Shown piece by piece: positions 19,798-29,298 of a DNA stretch of 64,000 nucleotides; position 1 is the stretch's first letter; each line of letters begins with the position of its first letter. The DNA is from a virus. A model generated the notes under the pieces. The model did not search any database. It saw only the letters and a program-made list of their open reading frames with translations, and was not told where the DNA came from. The position numbers and the translations under genes are program-made. The DNA lies in IMG/VR virus record IMGVR_UViG_3300021091_000015; one strand, 5' to 3'.

Positions 19798-19871
19798 ATT
19801 TTATATAAACCATTTATTTAGGTTTATTAAAATATAACTAAATATTGCTAAATTATGTATCAATAATTTTT

Positions 19872-20447
19872 TTATACTTGTTCTGGGTCATTAACCATTT
19901 GGTCTTGAGCTAAAACATTTTTCATTGATTTAGTTAGAGAATTGTATACTTGTTCACCAAATCTATCCATTATTTCATTATCGTTTCTTAAGTCAATAAA
20001 ATTACCTCTGGCCATAAAACCTAAAACATTTTCTAAATTAATACTTCTCCAAGCACCTTTAGCCGCCTCCATTTTAGCTTGTTCATCTTCAACACCCATT
20101 CCTCTTAATTCTTTTAACTTTTTGATATAAGAGTTCATGTCAACAACTTTTTTAATGTTGTTATTCATCTCGACGTTCATTTGTTTTTCGCTTTTTTCTC
20201 TATCACTACCAACATATGAACTTAGAGATTTTTTAATTGACATATGACGAACAGTACCATCCTTTTTCACAAATGCGACACTAACAAGAATGTTATTATC
20301 AATCGCATCTCTTAATTGTTGTAGGTCGTTACCTTGACTAAACCCTTCGTAATCTAATTTTTCCTCAACATCCATAGATGATTCGGTAATTACTCTATCT
20401 AATAAACGTTTTAGTTGTGATTCAGTTACTATAATTTTTTTGCTCAT
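19872..20447 (-). CDS. WYL_2/SH3-like beta-barrel protein with VTESQL leader
   Basis: VSVAFVKKDGTVRHM...AWRSINLENV pattern. Confidence 0.6.
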   Translation of the reverse strand: MSKKIIVTESQLKRLLDRVITESSMDVEEKLDYEGFSQGNDLQQLRDAIDNNILVSVAFVKKDGTVRHMSIKKSLSSYVGSDREKSEKQMNVEMNNNIKKVVDMNSYIKKLKELRGMGVEDEQAKMEAAKGAWRSINLENVLGFMARGNFIDLRNDNEIMDRFGEQVYNSLTKSMKNVLAQDQMVNDPEQV

Positions 20448-20540
20448 ATTTTTTTATATATAAATACCGTGATACCGGTGTAAATTTAGTTCTATGTTTT
20501 ATAATATTTATATGAAAAATAACTAAACTTAAAAAAAACT

Positions 20541-21368
20541 ATGTTACTCAAAAAAGGTTCTACAGGAGAAGATGTAAAAAAAATACAAGAAAAATTAGGG
20601 TTGTCCGCTGACGGTGTATTTGGTACAGGTACCGAATTGGCTGTAAAAGGTTGGCAATCAACCAACGGTCTAATTGCCGATGGTATTGTTGGAGATGGTA
20701 CTTGGTCTAAAATGTTTGCAACACAAACAGTAATCACCGAACCGTCGCCAGCGCCTAACGTTGGTGGTTTAAAATTAGAAAAATTAAAAGGTCACATACC
20801 CGATGCGGTAATTGCTTTGATTCCTGACACCGCGCAAAAGTTTCAAATAAACACACCATTGAGATTGGCACATTTTTTAGCACAATGTGGTCACGAATCA
20901 GGTGGGTTTAAGGCGACACAAGAAAATTTAAATTATTCGGCAAAAGGTCTAAGAGGTATTTTTGGAAAATATTTCCCGACTGACGCATTAGCAGAACAAT
21001 ATCAAAGAAAACCCGAAGCGATTGCATCTCGTGTTTATGGAGGTAGAATGGGTAATGGTGCTGAACCAACAAAAGAAGGGTATAAATTTCGTGGCAGAGG
21101 GTACATTCAATTAACCGGAAAGGATAACTATACAGCATTCGGTAAAGCAATTAATGAGGATGTTATTTCAAATCCTGATTTGGTTTCTTCAAAATATGCC
21201 TTATTATCTGCGGCTTGGTTTTTTAGTAAAAACGGATTACACAAAATGGCGGACGAAGGTGCTACCGACGCGGTGGTTACAAAAATTACAAAAAGAGTAA
21301 ATGGTGGTACAATAGGGTTAGCTGACCGTATAAAACATTTTAAAGAATACTATTCTTTGTTATCATAA
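20541..21368 (+). CDS. Endolysin: peptidoglycan-binding domain plus GH19 catalytic domain
   Basis: LKKGSTGEDVKKIQ...ADGIVG PG-binding repeat; AHFLAQCGHES, FRGRGYIQLTG, INGG-like VNGG. Confidence 0.9.
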   Translation: MLLKKGSTGEDVKKIQEKLGLSADGVFGTGTELAVKGWQSTNGLIADGIVGDGTWSKMFATQTVITEPSPAPNVGGLKLEKLKGHIPDAVIALIPDTAQKFQINTPLRLAHFLAQCGHESGGFKATQENLNYSAKGLRGIFGKYFPTDALAEQYQRKPEAIASRVYGGRMGNGAEPTKEGYKFRGRGYIQLTGKDNYTAFGKAINEDVISNPDLVSSKYALLSAAWFFSKNGLHKMADEGATDAVVTKITKRVNGGTIGLADRIKHFKEYYSLLS

Positions 21369-21395
21369 AAAAAGGGGTTTAATAACCCCTTTTTT
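21367..21395. terminator. Bidirectional terminator
   Basis: AAAAAAAGGGGTT-TAAT-AACCCCTTTTTT. Confidence 0.85.
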
Positions 21396-22947
21396 CTTTT
21401 ATATCTGTGTAATCACCCGGTTTGTCTGTTTCGGGTTCACTACCATCATCAGGAGACAATTCTTTCATTAATATCTTAAATTGTTTAGATGACATAAAGT
21501 GTGCGTTGTATTCCGGATTTTCATCACCAACACTGTAAACTGAATAGAAAGAGTCGTCGTTTGCTTGAGTACTTGTACTGTAAACATCTACAACATATGT
21601 GTTTCCTTCCGTATCCACATAAACATCGGTATCGATGTGTGCATATTTTGGTTCATAAACCTTACCATCTTTTTCTACCCATGAATTTGTCGACACGTTA
21701 TACAATCCTGATTTACCGTTAATTTTACTTTCGTATAGTCTGATTTTTTTATTATCACCACTAACTCTCGCAATTTTAAATTCGTTAGCCATCAAGAAAT
21801 CAACGATAGTCCCAACTCCGTCACCAATACCTTTTTCTCTTAAAGTTCTGTCCAATAAATTAAATTGATTACCAACTTTTTTAATTTCACTGAGGAAATC
21901 AAAGTTACCGTATCTTTCTTTAACGTTGTACTGATTTATTTCGGGGTACACAATATACAAATTACGTAGTTCGTCATCCATTGACCTCCATGATTCCGGT
22001 TTTGCTAATGTTCCACCGTTTTGGATATAAGCTCTTTTATATCCCTTTTCCATTCTTTTAAATTCGTATTGTCCACCAACTCTTTCGTTTATTTGACCAA
22101 CAACATCTCTTAGAGATAATTCCTCTTGTGAAAATGGTTTGGTTGTTATTATATTTCTTTCGCCTCTAAGTTGTGGATATATTTCTTCTATCTCTTCCCA
22201 TGTTTTAACAAGGTCACCACCATTCATCATGTTTGTAATTCTGAAACCGGTATTAACTCCTGTGTCTTTTTGGATTGTACTTATAAAATATGGGTCATTT
22301 TCACTTTTATTTTCATCAATAACAAAATAAAATGTTCTTTCTCCTCGGTAATTACCCCACATATTTGATTTACCCATATCAGGTCTCCAAGTTACACACC
22401 ATGGAGAAATATCTCTGTCAGATTGTTCAGGTCTACCTAATGCTTTTTTGTACATTGTGTGATACCAGTATCCATATCGTATGGACATTTGTTGGTCTCT
22501 TATCGCATAAACCCTAAGACCATCTCTTTCGAATACTAAATTATCGTTACCAAACCATAATCTTCTTGACGCTTCTATTCTCTCTGGTGACGCTTTTGTA
22601 TCACTACCGGCAAAAACATCTCTCTCAACTGCTCTTTCTTCAGGTCTAAATTCGTTTAATAAAAACGATAATTGAGAATAAGAATATTTTTCAATCTGTC
22701 TTAAATTATTTGGGTCAAATTTTGGATATCCGTGTTCACCGTCGTATCTACTTAAAAATGTAAATACTTGTGGTCGGTCAGGCCTTAAACCTTCTTTTAT
22801 TTTAGCAAAGTCATAAAAAAGCCTTTCACCTTCTTCGTCTGTAATATTTGGTCTTTCTGTTTTCCAAATATCCATTAGGGTGTTGAAGAGCTTCTTGTTT
22901 TTTACCTCCTCTAATAATGTGTCAAACAGTATTTCTGTGAATCTCAT
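21379..22947 (-). CDS. Large protein of the WC-motif/PcfJ-related family, TLLEE leader
   Basis: SPWCVTW...MWGNY...FYFVID resembles 13799; GTATTTAT upstream. Confidence 0.55.
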   Translation of the reverse strand: MRFTEILFDTLLEEVKNKKLFNTLMDIWKTERPNITDEEGERLFYDFAKIKEGLRPDRPQVFTFLSRYDGEHGYPKFDPNNLRQIEKYSYSQLSFLLNEFRPEERAVERDVFAGSDTKASPERIEASRRLWFGNDNLVFERDGLRVYAIRDQQMSIRYGYWYHTMYKKALGRPEQSDRDISPWCVTWRPDMGKSNMWGNYRGERTFYFVIDENKSENDPYFISTIQKDTGVNTGFRITNMMNGGDLVKTWEEIEEIYPQLRGERNIITTKPFSQEELSLRDVVGQINERVGGQYEFKRMEKGYKRAYIQNGGTLAKPESWRSMDDELRNLYIVYPEINQYNVKERYGNFDFLSEIKKVGNQFNLLDRTLREKGIGDGVGTIVDFLMANEFKIARVSGDNKKIRLYESKINGKSGLYNVSTNSWVEKDGKVYEPKYAHIDTDVYVDTEGNTYVVDVYSTSTQANDDSFYSVYSVGDENPEYNAHFMSSKQFKILMKELSPDDGSEPETDKPGDYTDIKEKRGY

Positions 22948-23001
22948 TGTTAAAAATAATTATATACACATAAATACCCAATAATTTAGGTTTGTACATA
23001 A

Positions 23002-23346
23002 TTATTCCACAACTTCACTTTCTGTTTTTACAAAACTACGCTTTAAATTCTCAACTTCCTCCAATAACGATTTACACATTTTTTCAATCATGAGAATTTT
23101 CATGAGATTATCCGCTTGCGGAAAGTTGTTCTCTTGTTGATAGTTGTTTAAGATAACCATTTTTAAAAGATTTTCATTTTCCAACTTGTAGGTGCGTTCT
23201 TTCTTCTTTTGAAAGTACTTTTTTGAATTTACTTTTGTACAGTCAATGCAATAGTTACTGTGGCCGTCATGAATCAGCTTGTTTTTGTAGAAATTAGACA
23301 AAGGGAATACCCCTTTACATCCTGTGCACTTCTTGTGTTTTTCCAT
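23002..23346 (-). CDS. Zinc-finger protein (CxxC...CxxC as in homing-endonuclease N-termini) plus coiled coil
   Basis: KKCTGCKGVFPLSNFYKN...DGHSNYCIDC; TATCTTTG at 23366-23373. Confidence 0.6.
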   Translation of the reverse strand: MEKHKKCTGCKGVFPLSNFYKNKLIHDGHSNYCIDCTKVNSKKYFQKKKERTYKLENENLLKMVILNNYQQENNFPQADNLMKILMIEKMCKSLLEEVENLKRSFVKTESEVVE

Positions 23347-23442
23347 TGATGATTGTTAATTTATACAAAGATAGTACTTTTTTTGATATATTTTGTATAT
23401 TTCAAATAAAATATGAAATATGTATAATTTAAATAAATTTAT

Positions 23443-24009
23443 ATGGATAGACTAATCTTAAAGGTGGGGTTTTACTCGATATATGAAAAGGTTATTAATA
23501 ATCGTAAAATTTATACCGTTGATAACGGTAAAATTATCTATTCAAATAGATTTAAAAAGTATTTTCCTAATTCAAACAGGGATGTAAAGGAATTTAGTGA
23601 TTTGGATAACGCTAAAAAATATGTTCAAGGTGAAATCAAAAAACACGCGTTGAGTAAGAAGAAAAAAATAGAAAAGTTACCAAAATCACTATACTTGATT
23701 TTAATGAAAGAAGAGAAAACGCAAAAAATTTTTGTAAAAGTAGGTATTACATCAAAAAGATTTATTTTACGTAGATTTAGTAAGGGTTACGGATATAAGG
23801 GGTATACTTTAGAAACGATTTTAAGAAGAATTGACACTAAAGACGCTGAAAAACTAGAAGAAACAATAAAAGAAAAACTAAATAAAAAAAGGGGTGTAAA
23901 AAAATTTAAACCCATTTTGGAAAATTTTTCCGGTTATTCAGAATGTTTTTCTTACGATTCCCTAAATGAAATTATAACTATATTTGATTCACTAACAAAA
24001 AATTGTTAG
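23443..24009 (+). CDS. GIY-YIG-like (T5orf172-type) nuclease
   Basis: LYLI...VKVGIT..R...AEKLE...GYSECF. Confidence 0.6.
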   Translation: MDRLILKVGFYSIYEKVINNRKIYTVDNGKIIYSNRFKKYFPNSNRDVKEFSDLDNAKKYVQGEIKKHALSKKKKIEKLPKSLYLILMKEEKTQKIFVKVGITSKRFILRRFSKGYGYKGYTLETILRRIDTKDAEKLEETIKEKLNKKRGVKKFKPILENFSGYSECFSYDSLNEIITIFDSLTKNC

Positions 24010-24353
24010 ATTGATTTTGGTTTTCTGCCTCTTTTTATTGGTGTATCTAATACAGACACCTCCGTTTTCTTTTTTAACTCTTTGTTTTTGCTTTCTAAAA
24101 ACTCAACCTTTATTCTAAGTTCAGCAACTTCTCGAGTTAAATCTAATATTTTGGACCTTAGGTCGTCTTTTTCGGAAGACGACTTTTCTAACAAAATTTC
24201 AAGTTTTGTTATGCGTTCTCTACACTCATCTTTCATGTAATCCTCTGATTTTTCTTTTCTCATAGCTCTTTTTTCGTAATATCTCCACGCGCTAGCGGAA
24301 CCTAAAACCGTGATTATTGTAATTAGTACCGTGTAAAAAGAATCCATGTCCAT
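24006..24353 (-). CDS. N-terminal TM plus coiled-coil protein (possible lysis/spanin-like)
   Basis: One TM segment, heptad region; ATATTTAT at 24371. Confidence 0.5.
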   Translation of the reverse strand: MDMDSFYTVLITIITVLGSASAWRYYEKRAMRKEKSEDYMKDECRERITKLEILLEKSSSEKDDLRSKILDLTREVAELRIKVEFLESKNKELKKKTEVSVLDTPIKRGRKPKSI

Positions 24354-24435
24354 TAGCTAATTTTTATTTAATAAATATACCAAAATTACATATTGTTCAC
24401 TTTTTTATTTAAGTTAATTTTAATATATTATTGAT

Positions 24436-24990
24436 GTGAGCGTAATTGTCAATTTCTTTGGGGGGCCAGGTATTGGTAAATCAACACAAAGCTCTGAATT
24501 GTTTACTTTGATGAAAAAAAATCACATGGATGTTGAATTAACATTCGAATACCCAAAAATTGTTGCTTGGGAAGAAAATTACTCAACAATAAAAGACCAA
24601 TTTTTTGTTACAGCTAATCAACATAGAAATATCAGTAGGCTTTATGGTAAGGTAAAATATATCATTGTAGATTCACCAATAATATTAGGAACGGTTTACA
24701 AAGATTTATATAATGATACACCCGAATATCCCGCAACCTTCTATGATAATTCATTTGATTACTTTATTTTCAAATTATTTAAAAAGTACAACAATTTCAA
24801 CGTTTTATTAAACAGGGATGACACCACATTTAATGAAAATGGTAGGTTTCAAAATTTAATTCAATCTAAAGAGATAGATGATGTAATAAAACGTAGATTG
24901 ATAGACCATTCAATTCCTTTTGTTGAGTTTTCGGTTGGAAAAAATACTGCTGGAGATATATTTAGTTATATATTAAAAAACCAACTATGA
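24436..24990 (+). CDS. P-loop kinase, NadR/AAA_28-like
   Basis: GGPGIGKST Walker A; IIVDSP. Confidence 0.75.
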   Translation: MSVIVNFFGGPGIGKSTQSSELFTLMKKNHMDVELTFEYPKIVAWEENYSTIKDQFFVTANQHRNISRLYGKVKYIIVDSPIILGTVYKDLYNDTPEYPATFYDNSFDYFIFKLFKKYNNFNVLLNRDDTTFNENGRFQNLIQSKEIDDVIKRRLIDHSIPFVEFSVGKNTAGDIFSYILKNQL

Positions 24991-25589
24991 AAAAACTATC
25001 TATTCTTGTTGTTTTATCGTTTTTGTTGTTAATAACAACATCATTAACAACACAGAAAGATTTAATCCGTGTAAAAAATAACGTATTTGAAGTAAAGTAC
25101 TCACAAATATTAGAGGAGCCAATATGGTTAATTTATAAATCAACAAATAGACGAACAAATGTTAATAGAGGGTCAATGGATTTTTATACGGAACAAGGTG
25201 TACACACATCTGACGGTGGCGATTATAAAAACAATGTGTGGGATAAAGGTCATTTAGCACCTGCTGCCACTTTTTCCGACAATATGGAAAATTTAAAACA
25301 AACTTTTAGTTATTTAAATTGTGCATTACAACACCAAGACTTAAATAGGGGTGAATGGAGGTTACTTGAGGAACAAGAAAGACTTTGGGACGATAAAGAA
25401 CCATTAACTATTAAAATAGACTTGATTTTTGACAAAAATTCTCAGAAATTAGAGACAGGTGCAACAGTCCCATCTTTTTTTGTTAAACATATTCATTTTG
25501 ATAAAAGTGAAAAATGGTCTTGTTTCAAGTTTGAGAACAAAAAACCAACAAAAAGGTGGACAGAACATCAAATAACCTGTAAACACTAA
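24987..25589 (+). CDS. Secreted DNA/RNA non-specific endonuclease (NucA/EndoG family)
   Basis: Signal peptide; DKGHLAP; N..LQ...LN.GEW..LE. Confidence 0.85.
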   Translation: MKKLSILVVLSFLLLITTSLTTQKDLIRVKNNVFEVKYSQILEEPIWLIYKSTNRRTNVNRGSMDFYTEQGVHTSDGGDYKNNVWDKGHLAPAATFSDNMENLKQTFSYLNCALQHQDLNRGEWRLLEEQERLWDDKEPLTIKIDLIFDKNSQKLETGATVPSFFVKHIHFDKSEKWSCFKFENKKPTKRWTEHQITCKH

Positions 25590-25590
25590 T

Positions 25591-25800
25591 ATGCTCTGTA
25601 AAGAATTATTTAATTTTCAAAATAAATTATATTTTATTGAACGAAGAATAAAAGAAACAAGGGTTAAACCTGAATTTATCGAGGACTTAAAAAAATATTG
25701 GGGGTGTGATAATGTTGTTCGTCAAATGAATAGACAAACAAATGAAAATTATCTATTATTTTTGAAGGAAATACCCGAAGCGGAAATCTTACCTGATTAA
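25591..25800 (+). CDS. Hypothetical protein
   Basis: ORF in operon. Confidence 0.55.
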   Translation: MLCKELFNFQNKLYFIERRIKETRVKPEFIEDLKKYWGCDNVVRQMNRQTNENYLLFLKEIPEAEILPD

Positions 25801-26187
25801 TTTCTTTAATTCTTTTATACACTCTTTAGTGTATTTTATTTCATTTCTTTTCGCTTGTCTTTCACATGGATTTTGTGAATAGTAATAACATTTTTCATAA
25901 AGTCGATATAAATAACTTGATTGTAGGTAATGGGTATACTCATGAATTATTGTTGAGATTATATCATCTATGGTTTCGCAGTTAGAAATATAAATGACAA
26001 TTTTGTTTTTATTAAAACAGTATTGTCCATAGTACCACATCTTGCCTTCGATTCGAGATTTATCATTAATTTCAAGAATTAACTTTTTTCTCTTTCTACT
26101 GTTAACCCCAAAATTCTCAACACACCACTCAAGAGCCATCTTGGTGTAAGAAATCTTCAACTCTTCGTCAATATTTCTTTTAGACAT
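25789..26187 (-). CDS. HEXXH zincin-like metallopeptidase
   Basis: IIHEYTHYLQ...CERQA. Confidence 0.7.
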   Translation of the reverse strand: MSKRNIDEELKISYTKMALEWCVENFGVNSRKRKKLILEINDKSRIEGKMWYYGQYCFNKNKIVIYISNCETIDDIISTIIHEYTHYLQSSYLYRLYEKCYYYSQNPCERQAKRNEIKYTKECIKELKKLIR

Positions 26188-26554
26188 CGTTTGGTTTGTT
26201 TGTCTTAATAGTTCTTTTTGTTCTTATATTTGTTTTAGTCATATCTAACAATTTATCCAAGTTAGATTCTATATTTTTTAAGACTTCAGCAAATTCATAA
26301 TTCTCCAAGTTTTCATTTCTATTTTTTAATGATTTTAATAAATTTGGTAAAATAGCCTCGTTTGTGTTTAATTTAACATTCATCGATTTGATTACCATTT
26401 TGAGTATTAAAAATTGGGTGGTGATTTTTTTCTCCTTTGAGAATGTAAAATAACTTTCAACTGACACATTTAGAAGTACACTTTTACTTATTGAATCTAA
26501 AAATTTGATTACCGCCACCGATTGTTTTGCTTTCATTTTGACCTTTCGTTTCAA
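26180..26554 (-). CDS. Hypothetical protein with UVR-like motif
   Basis: LENYEFAEVLK. Confidence 0.5.
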   Translation of the reverse strand: MKRKVKMKAKQSVAVIKFLDSISKSVLLNVSVESYFTFSKEKKITTQFLILKMVIKSMNVKLNTNEAILPNLLKSLKNRNENLENYEFAEVLKNIESNLDKLLDMTKTNIRTKRTIKTNKPNDV

Positions 26555-26674
26555 TATAAATATTTTATTATTTTATTTTGAATTTAAAGGGCGTCATTAC
26601 CTTAAATTTAATTATAATATTGATAATCAATATATTAAATACTTTTTATTTGATAAGTAGTTGATTTTAAAAAA

Positions 26675-27034
26675 TTATTTTGCCCACTTACCTCGACTTA
26701 CTATTTGTGCGATTATACCATATACGGATAGGTCAGAATATGTGTCTTGAACACACTCACCTACAGTATCTTCTTTGCCCAATAATACTAACTGTTTGAG
26801 CCTTTGTATTTTATCATTCATTCTAAACCACAAACCCGTTTGAGATAATTTTATTTCCTCAGGAGTTTCTAATCTAGTACCAACCGAAATATTATCGGGT
26901 CCGTAGTTCATTTGTTTTTTACAAAACAGTTCGTACTGTTCTTTTAGGATTTTTTTAAATTCTGCGGTAGTTTCGGGATATCGTTCCTCACACGCTTTAA
27001 TTGATGAAGATGGTTCTATTTTTCCTGTTGTCAT
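26675..27034 (-). CDS. Nucleotide-modification-associated domain protein (DUF1599-like, all-alpha NTP pyrophosphatase fold)
   Basis: KQMNYG...RMNDKIQRL...DTYSDLSVYGII. Confidence 0.7.
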   Translation of the reverse strand: MTTGKIEPSSSIKACEERYPETTAEFKKILKEQYELFCKKQMNYGPDNISVGTRLETPEEIKLSQTGLWFRMNDKIQRLKQLVLLGKEDTVGECVQDTYSDLSVYGIIAQIVSRGKWAK

Positions 27035-27109
27035 ATTACATTTAATTTATTATTTAAATAATAAACAAAAAAATCTGAAAAACCAAATATTTATATAAAA
27101 ATCCCAGAC

Positions 27110-27343
27110 ATGGAAAATACAGAATTTAATAAAGAAACCAAATTTCCCGAAACAACAAAATCTAAACAATTAGTTCAAATGTTATCATTTAGAGTTGTTC
27201 CCGCGTATTTTAGAGAGATAGAAAAAGTTGCAAATAAGAAAAAAATGAGTGTATCTAAATTGATTCGTACCTACATTAAAGAGGGTATGAAAAGTGACAA
27301 TGCAATCAGTAGTGCGGAAGACAAAGAATTTAGAGTTGAATAA
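27110..27343 (+). CDS. Ribbon-helix-helix DNA-binding protein
   Basis: MLSFRV...IEKVA....MSVSKLIR. Confidence 0.65.
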   Translation: MENTEFNKETKFPETTKSKQLVQMLSFRVVPAYFREIEKVANKKKMSVSKLIRTYIKEGMKSDNAISSAEDKEFRVE

Positions 27344-28408
27344 TTATTTATCAAATCTTTTAAATCCATTCATTGAAATGTGATTATATTTGACTCCGCC
27401 GATGAAATGGTGGAGTTCTTTTTTTCCCGCATAACTCATCGCAGACTTTAGATATGATTCAAAATTATTTACCCAACCCTCAATTGTATATTCAACCACT
27501 TGAGTTCGAACCACACCTTCTGAAGTAGTTAGATTTTCTTTTCCCCAACTCGTTTGAACTTCTTTGGTTGACATACCCCTAAAAGTTTTATATAAATTAA
27601 TATCTGCGTCAAACATTTCTTTTGTTTCTTTTGAATATTGGTCAACTTTATCATAAACACTAATCGTTGAAGTTCCGGTTTTTTTACTTGTTTCACCAGC
27701 ACTCTCTAAACACTTATTCAAAATTGAACCTAACATTACAATATCCGCACCTAAAGCAAGGGCTTTAATTACATCCGAGTATTTTTTGAATCCACCATCG
27801 GCTACTATTTTTGTGTTAGTACTCAACCATCTTTCGTTTTTAATTTTTCTACACTCAGATATTAATGATGCCATAGGGTAACCAACGCCTGTTTGAACAG
27901 TTGTCAAACAACCATTGCCATTACCAATACCAATTCTTACGTAATCAGCACCTACTTTGGAATATTCATAAAATGTTTCGGGATTTGCAACATTACCAAC
28001 CATTAATTTAATATTTGTTCCGTATTTTTTCTTTGCTTGTTCGGTCATTATCAACAAGTCTTTCATGTGCCCATTAGCCACATCAATTAGTACTAACATT
28101 GGTTGTTCCTCGGAATATTCGGTCCTTGTTGACTCTAAAAATAATTTTTCAAAGTCAGACATACTGTAAGAAAGAAAAATACTACAATCCACCCACGATG
28201 AATCAGGATTTTTAATTCTTGGCAATACGGGTAAAATACCTTGCTCTTTAAATAAATCAAAATTGGTTTGACTTACAACCGTATCCATTGGGGCTGTCAT
28301 TAATGGTAATAATCCATTACTCAAACGACAATTAATCTCACTACGAGAGCGGACATCAGAAGTTATTGCTGGTTCAATTAGTATGTCGTCAAAATCAAAC
28401 AATTGCAT
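27344..28408 (-). CDS. guaC: GMP reductase / IMP dehydrogenase family
   Basis: APMDTV, DVANGH, GIGNGNGCLT, ADGG, FRGMS, EG; no CBS insert (GuaB vs GuaC not resolved). Confidence 0.75.
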   Translation of the reverse strand: MQLFDFDDILIEPAITSDVRSRSEINCRLSNGLLPLMTAPMDTVVSQTNFDLFKEQGILPVLPRIKNPDSSWVDCSIFLSYSMSDFEKLFLESTRTEYSEEQPMLVLIDVANGHMKDLLIMTEQAKKKYGTNIKLMVGNVANPETFYEYSKVGADYVRIGIGNGNGCLTTVQTGVGYPMASLISECRKIKNERWLSTNTKIVADGGFKKYSDVIKALALGADIVMLGSILNKCLESAGETSKKTGTSTISVYDKVDQYSKETKEMFDADINLYKTFRGMSTKEVQTSWGKENLTTSEGVVRTQVVEYTIEGWVNNFESYLKSAMSYAGKKELHHFIGGVKYNHISMNGFKRFDK

Positions 28409-28491
28409 TTTTTCTCTTTTTAGTTATTTATCAAAAAGGTAAGTAAAATAATTTAATTTACCAAACACCTAAACCAAGATATTTATAGGAT

Positions 28492-28824
28492 ATGGAATTA
28501 AACAAAATCAATGAAAATGACGTGTTGAATATACTTAGGAGCGTTTTGTATGAGGAAGTTTCTAAAGTTAACAGGAACGATTACAACAGGGTTCAGTTCA
28601 AAATCGATGAGTTGGAATTCCAACTTAGTGAAACCATTAAGGAGTTAAGAAAATTACAAGATTTAACACCAGATGGATTAAAAACTTTAACAAACGGTAG
28701 ATTCAAGACGATATCAGATAATTTATCTAATGCACATTCTACGTTGAAAGTTTTAAAAAACAAAGTTAAAACCCATAAAAAATATTCTAATCAAAGTCAA
28801 GCTGAAGAAAAGAGAGTAAAATAA
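28492..28824 (+). CDS. Coiled-coil late protein with VLYEE leader
   Basis: ATATTTAT upstream. Confidence 0.6.
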   Translation: MELNKINENDVLNILRSVLYEEVSKVNRNDYNRVQFKIDELEFQLSETIKELRKLQDLTPDGLKTLTNGRFKTISDNLSNAHSTLKVLKNKVKTHKKYSNQSQAEEKRVK

Positions 28825-29196
28825 TTATTCCTCATTATCTAACCCACTTCCAATATTCTTAACTATTTCCCTTCCTTTATCGGTCAAAAAAAACCTTTCT
28901 TCATTATTTTCATCTTCAATGGAGTCTATGATTCCTTTTTTTTGTAGTTCATATAAAAGACTACCGGTGACTATTTCTTTTAGAAATTCTTCCATGTCGT
29001 CTTGATTGAAGATATTTTCTAATGAGTCTTCATCTAAGTCGCCATTAATAAATTTTGTTGTGAGTTTATCACAGAAGAACTCCAACGCGTAAGATTCGTC
29101 TTCAATCTCATACTCATTAAAAAAATCAGATTCCCTAAGTAAGAGAACAATTTCACTCGCCTTTTCCATGACGATTGGTTGGTATATGTTTTTCAT
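28825..29196 (-). CDS. Acidic protein with C-terminal winged-helix-like motif
   Basis: LQKKGII...FFLTDKG. Confidence 0.55.
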   Translation of the reverse strand: MKNIYQPIVMEKASEIVLLLRESDFFNEYEIEDESYALEFFCDKLTTKFINGDLDEDSLENIFNQDDMEEFLKEIVTGSLLYELQKKGIIDSIEDENNEERFFLTDKGREIVKNIGSGLDNEE

Positions 29197-29298
29197 GTTT
29201 TAAGTGTCTTAGTAAAGTATAAGAAATAAAGATGAAAAAACAAAGACCTCTTGACATTGATACAATAAATGGTTATTTTTTAAAAAAAAGTTTACGGT

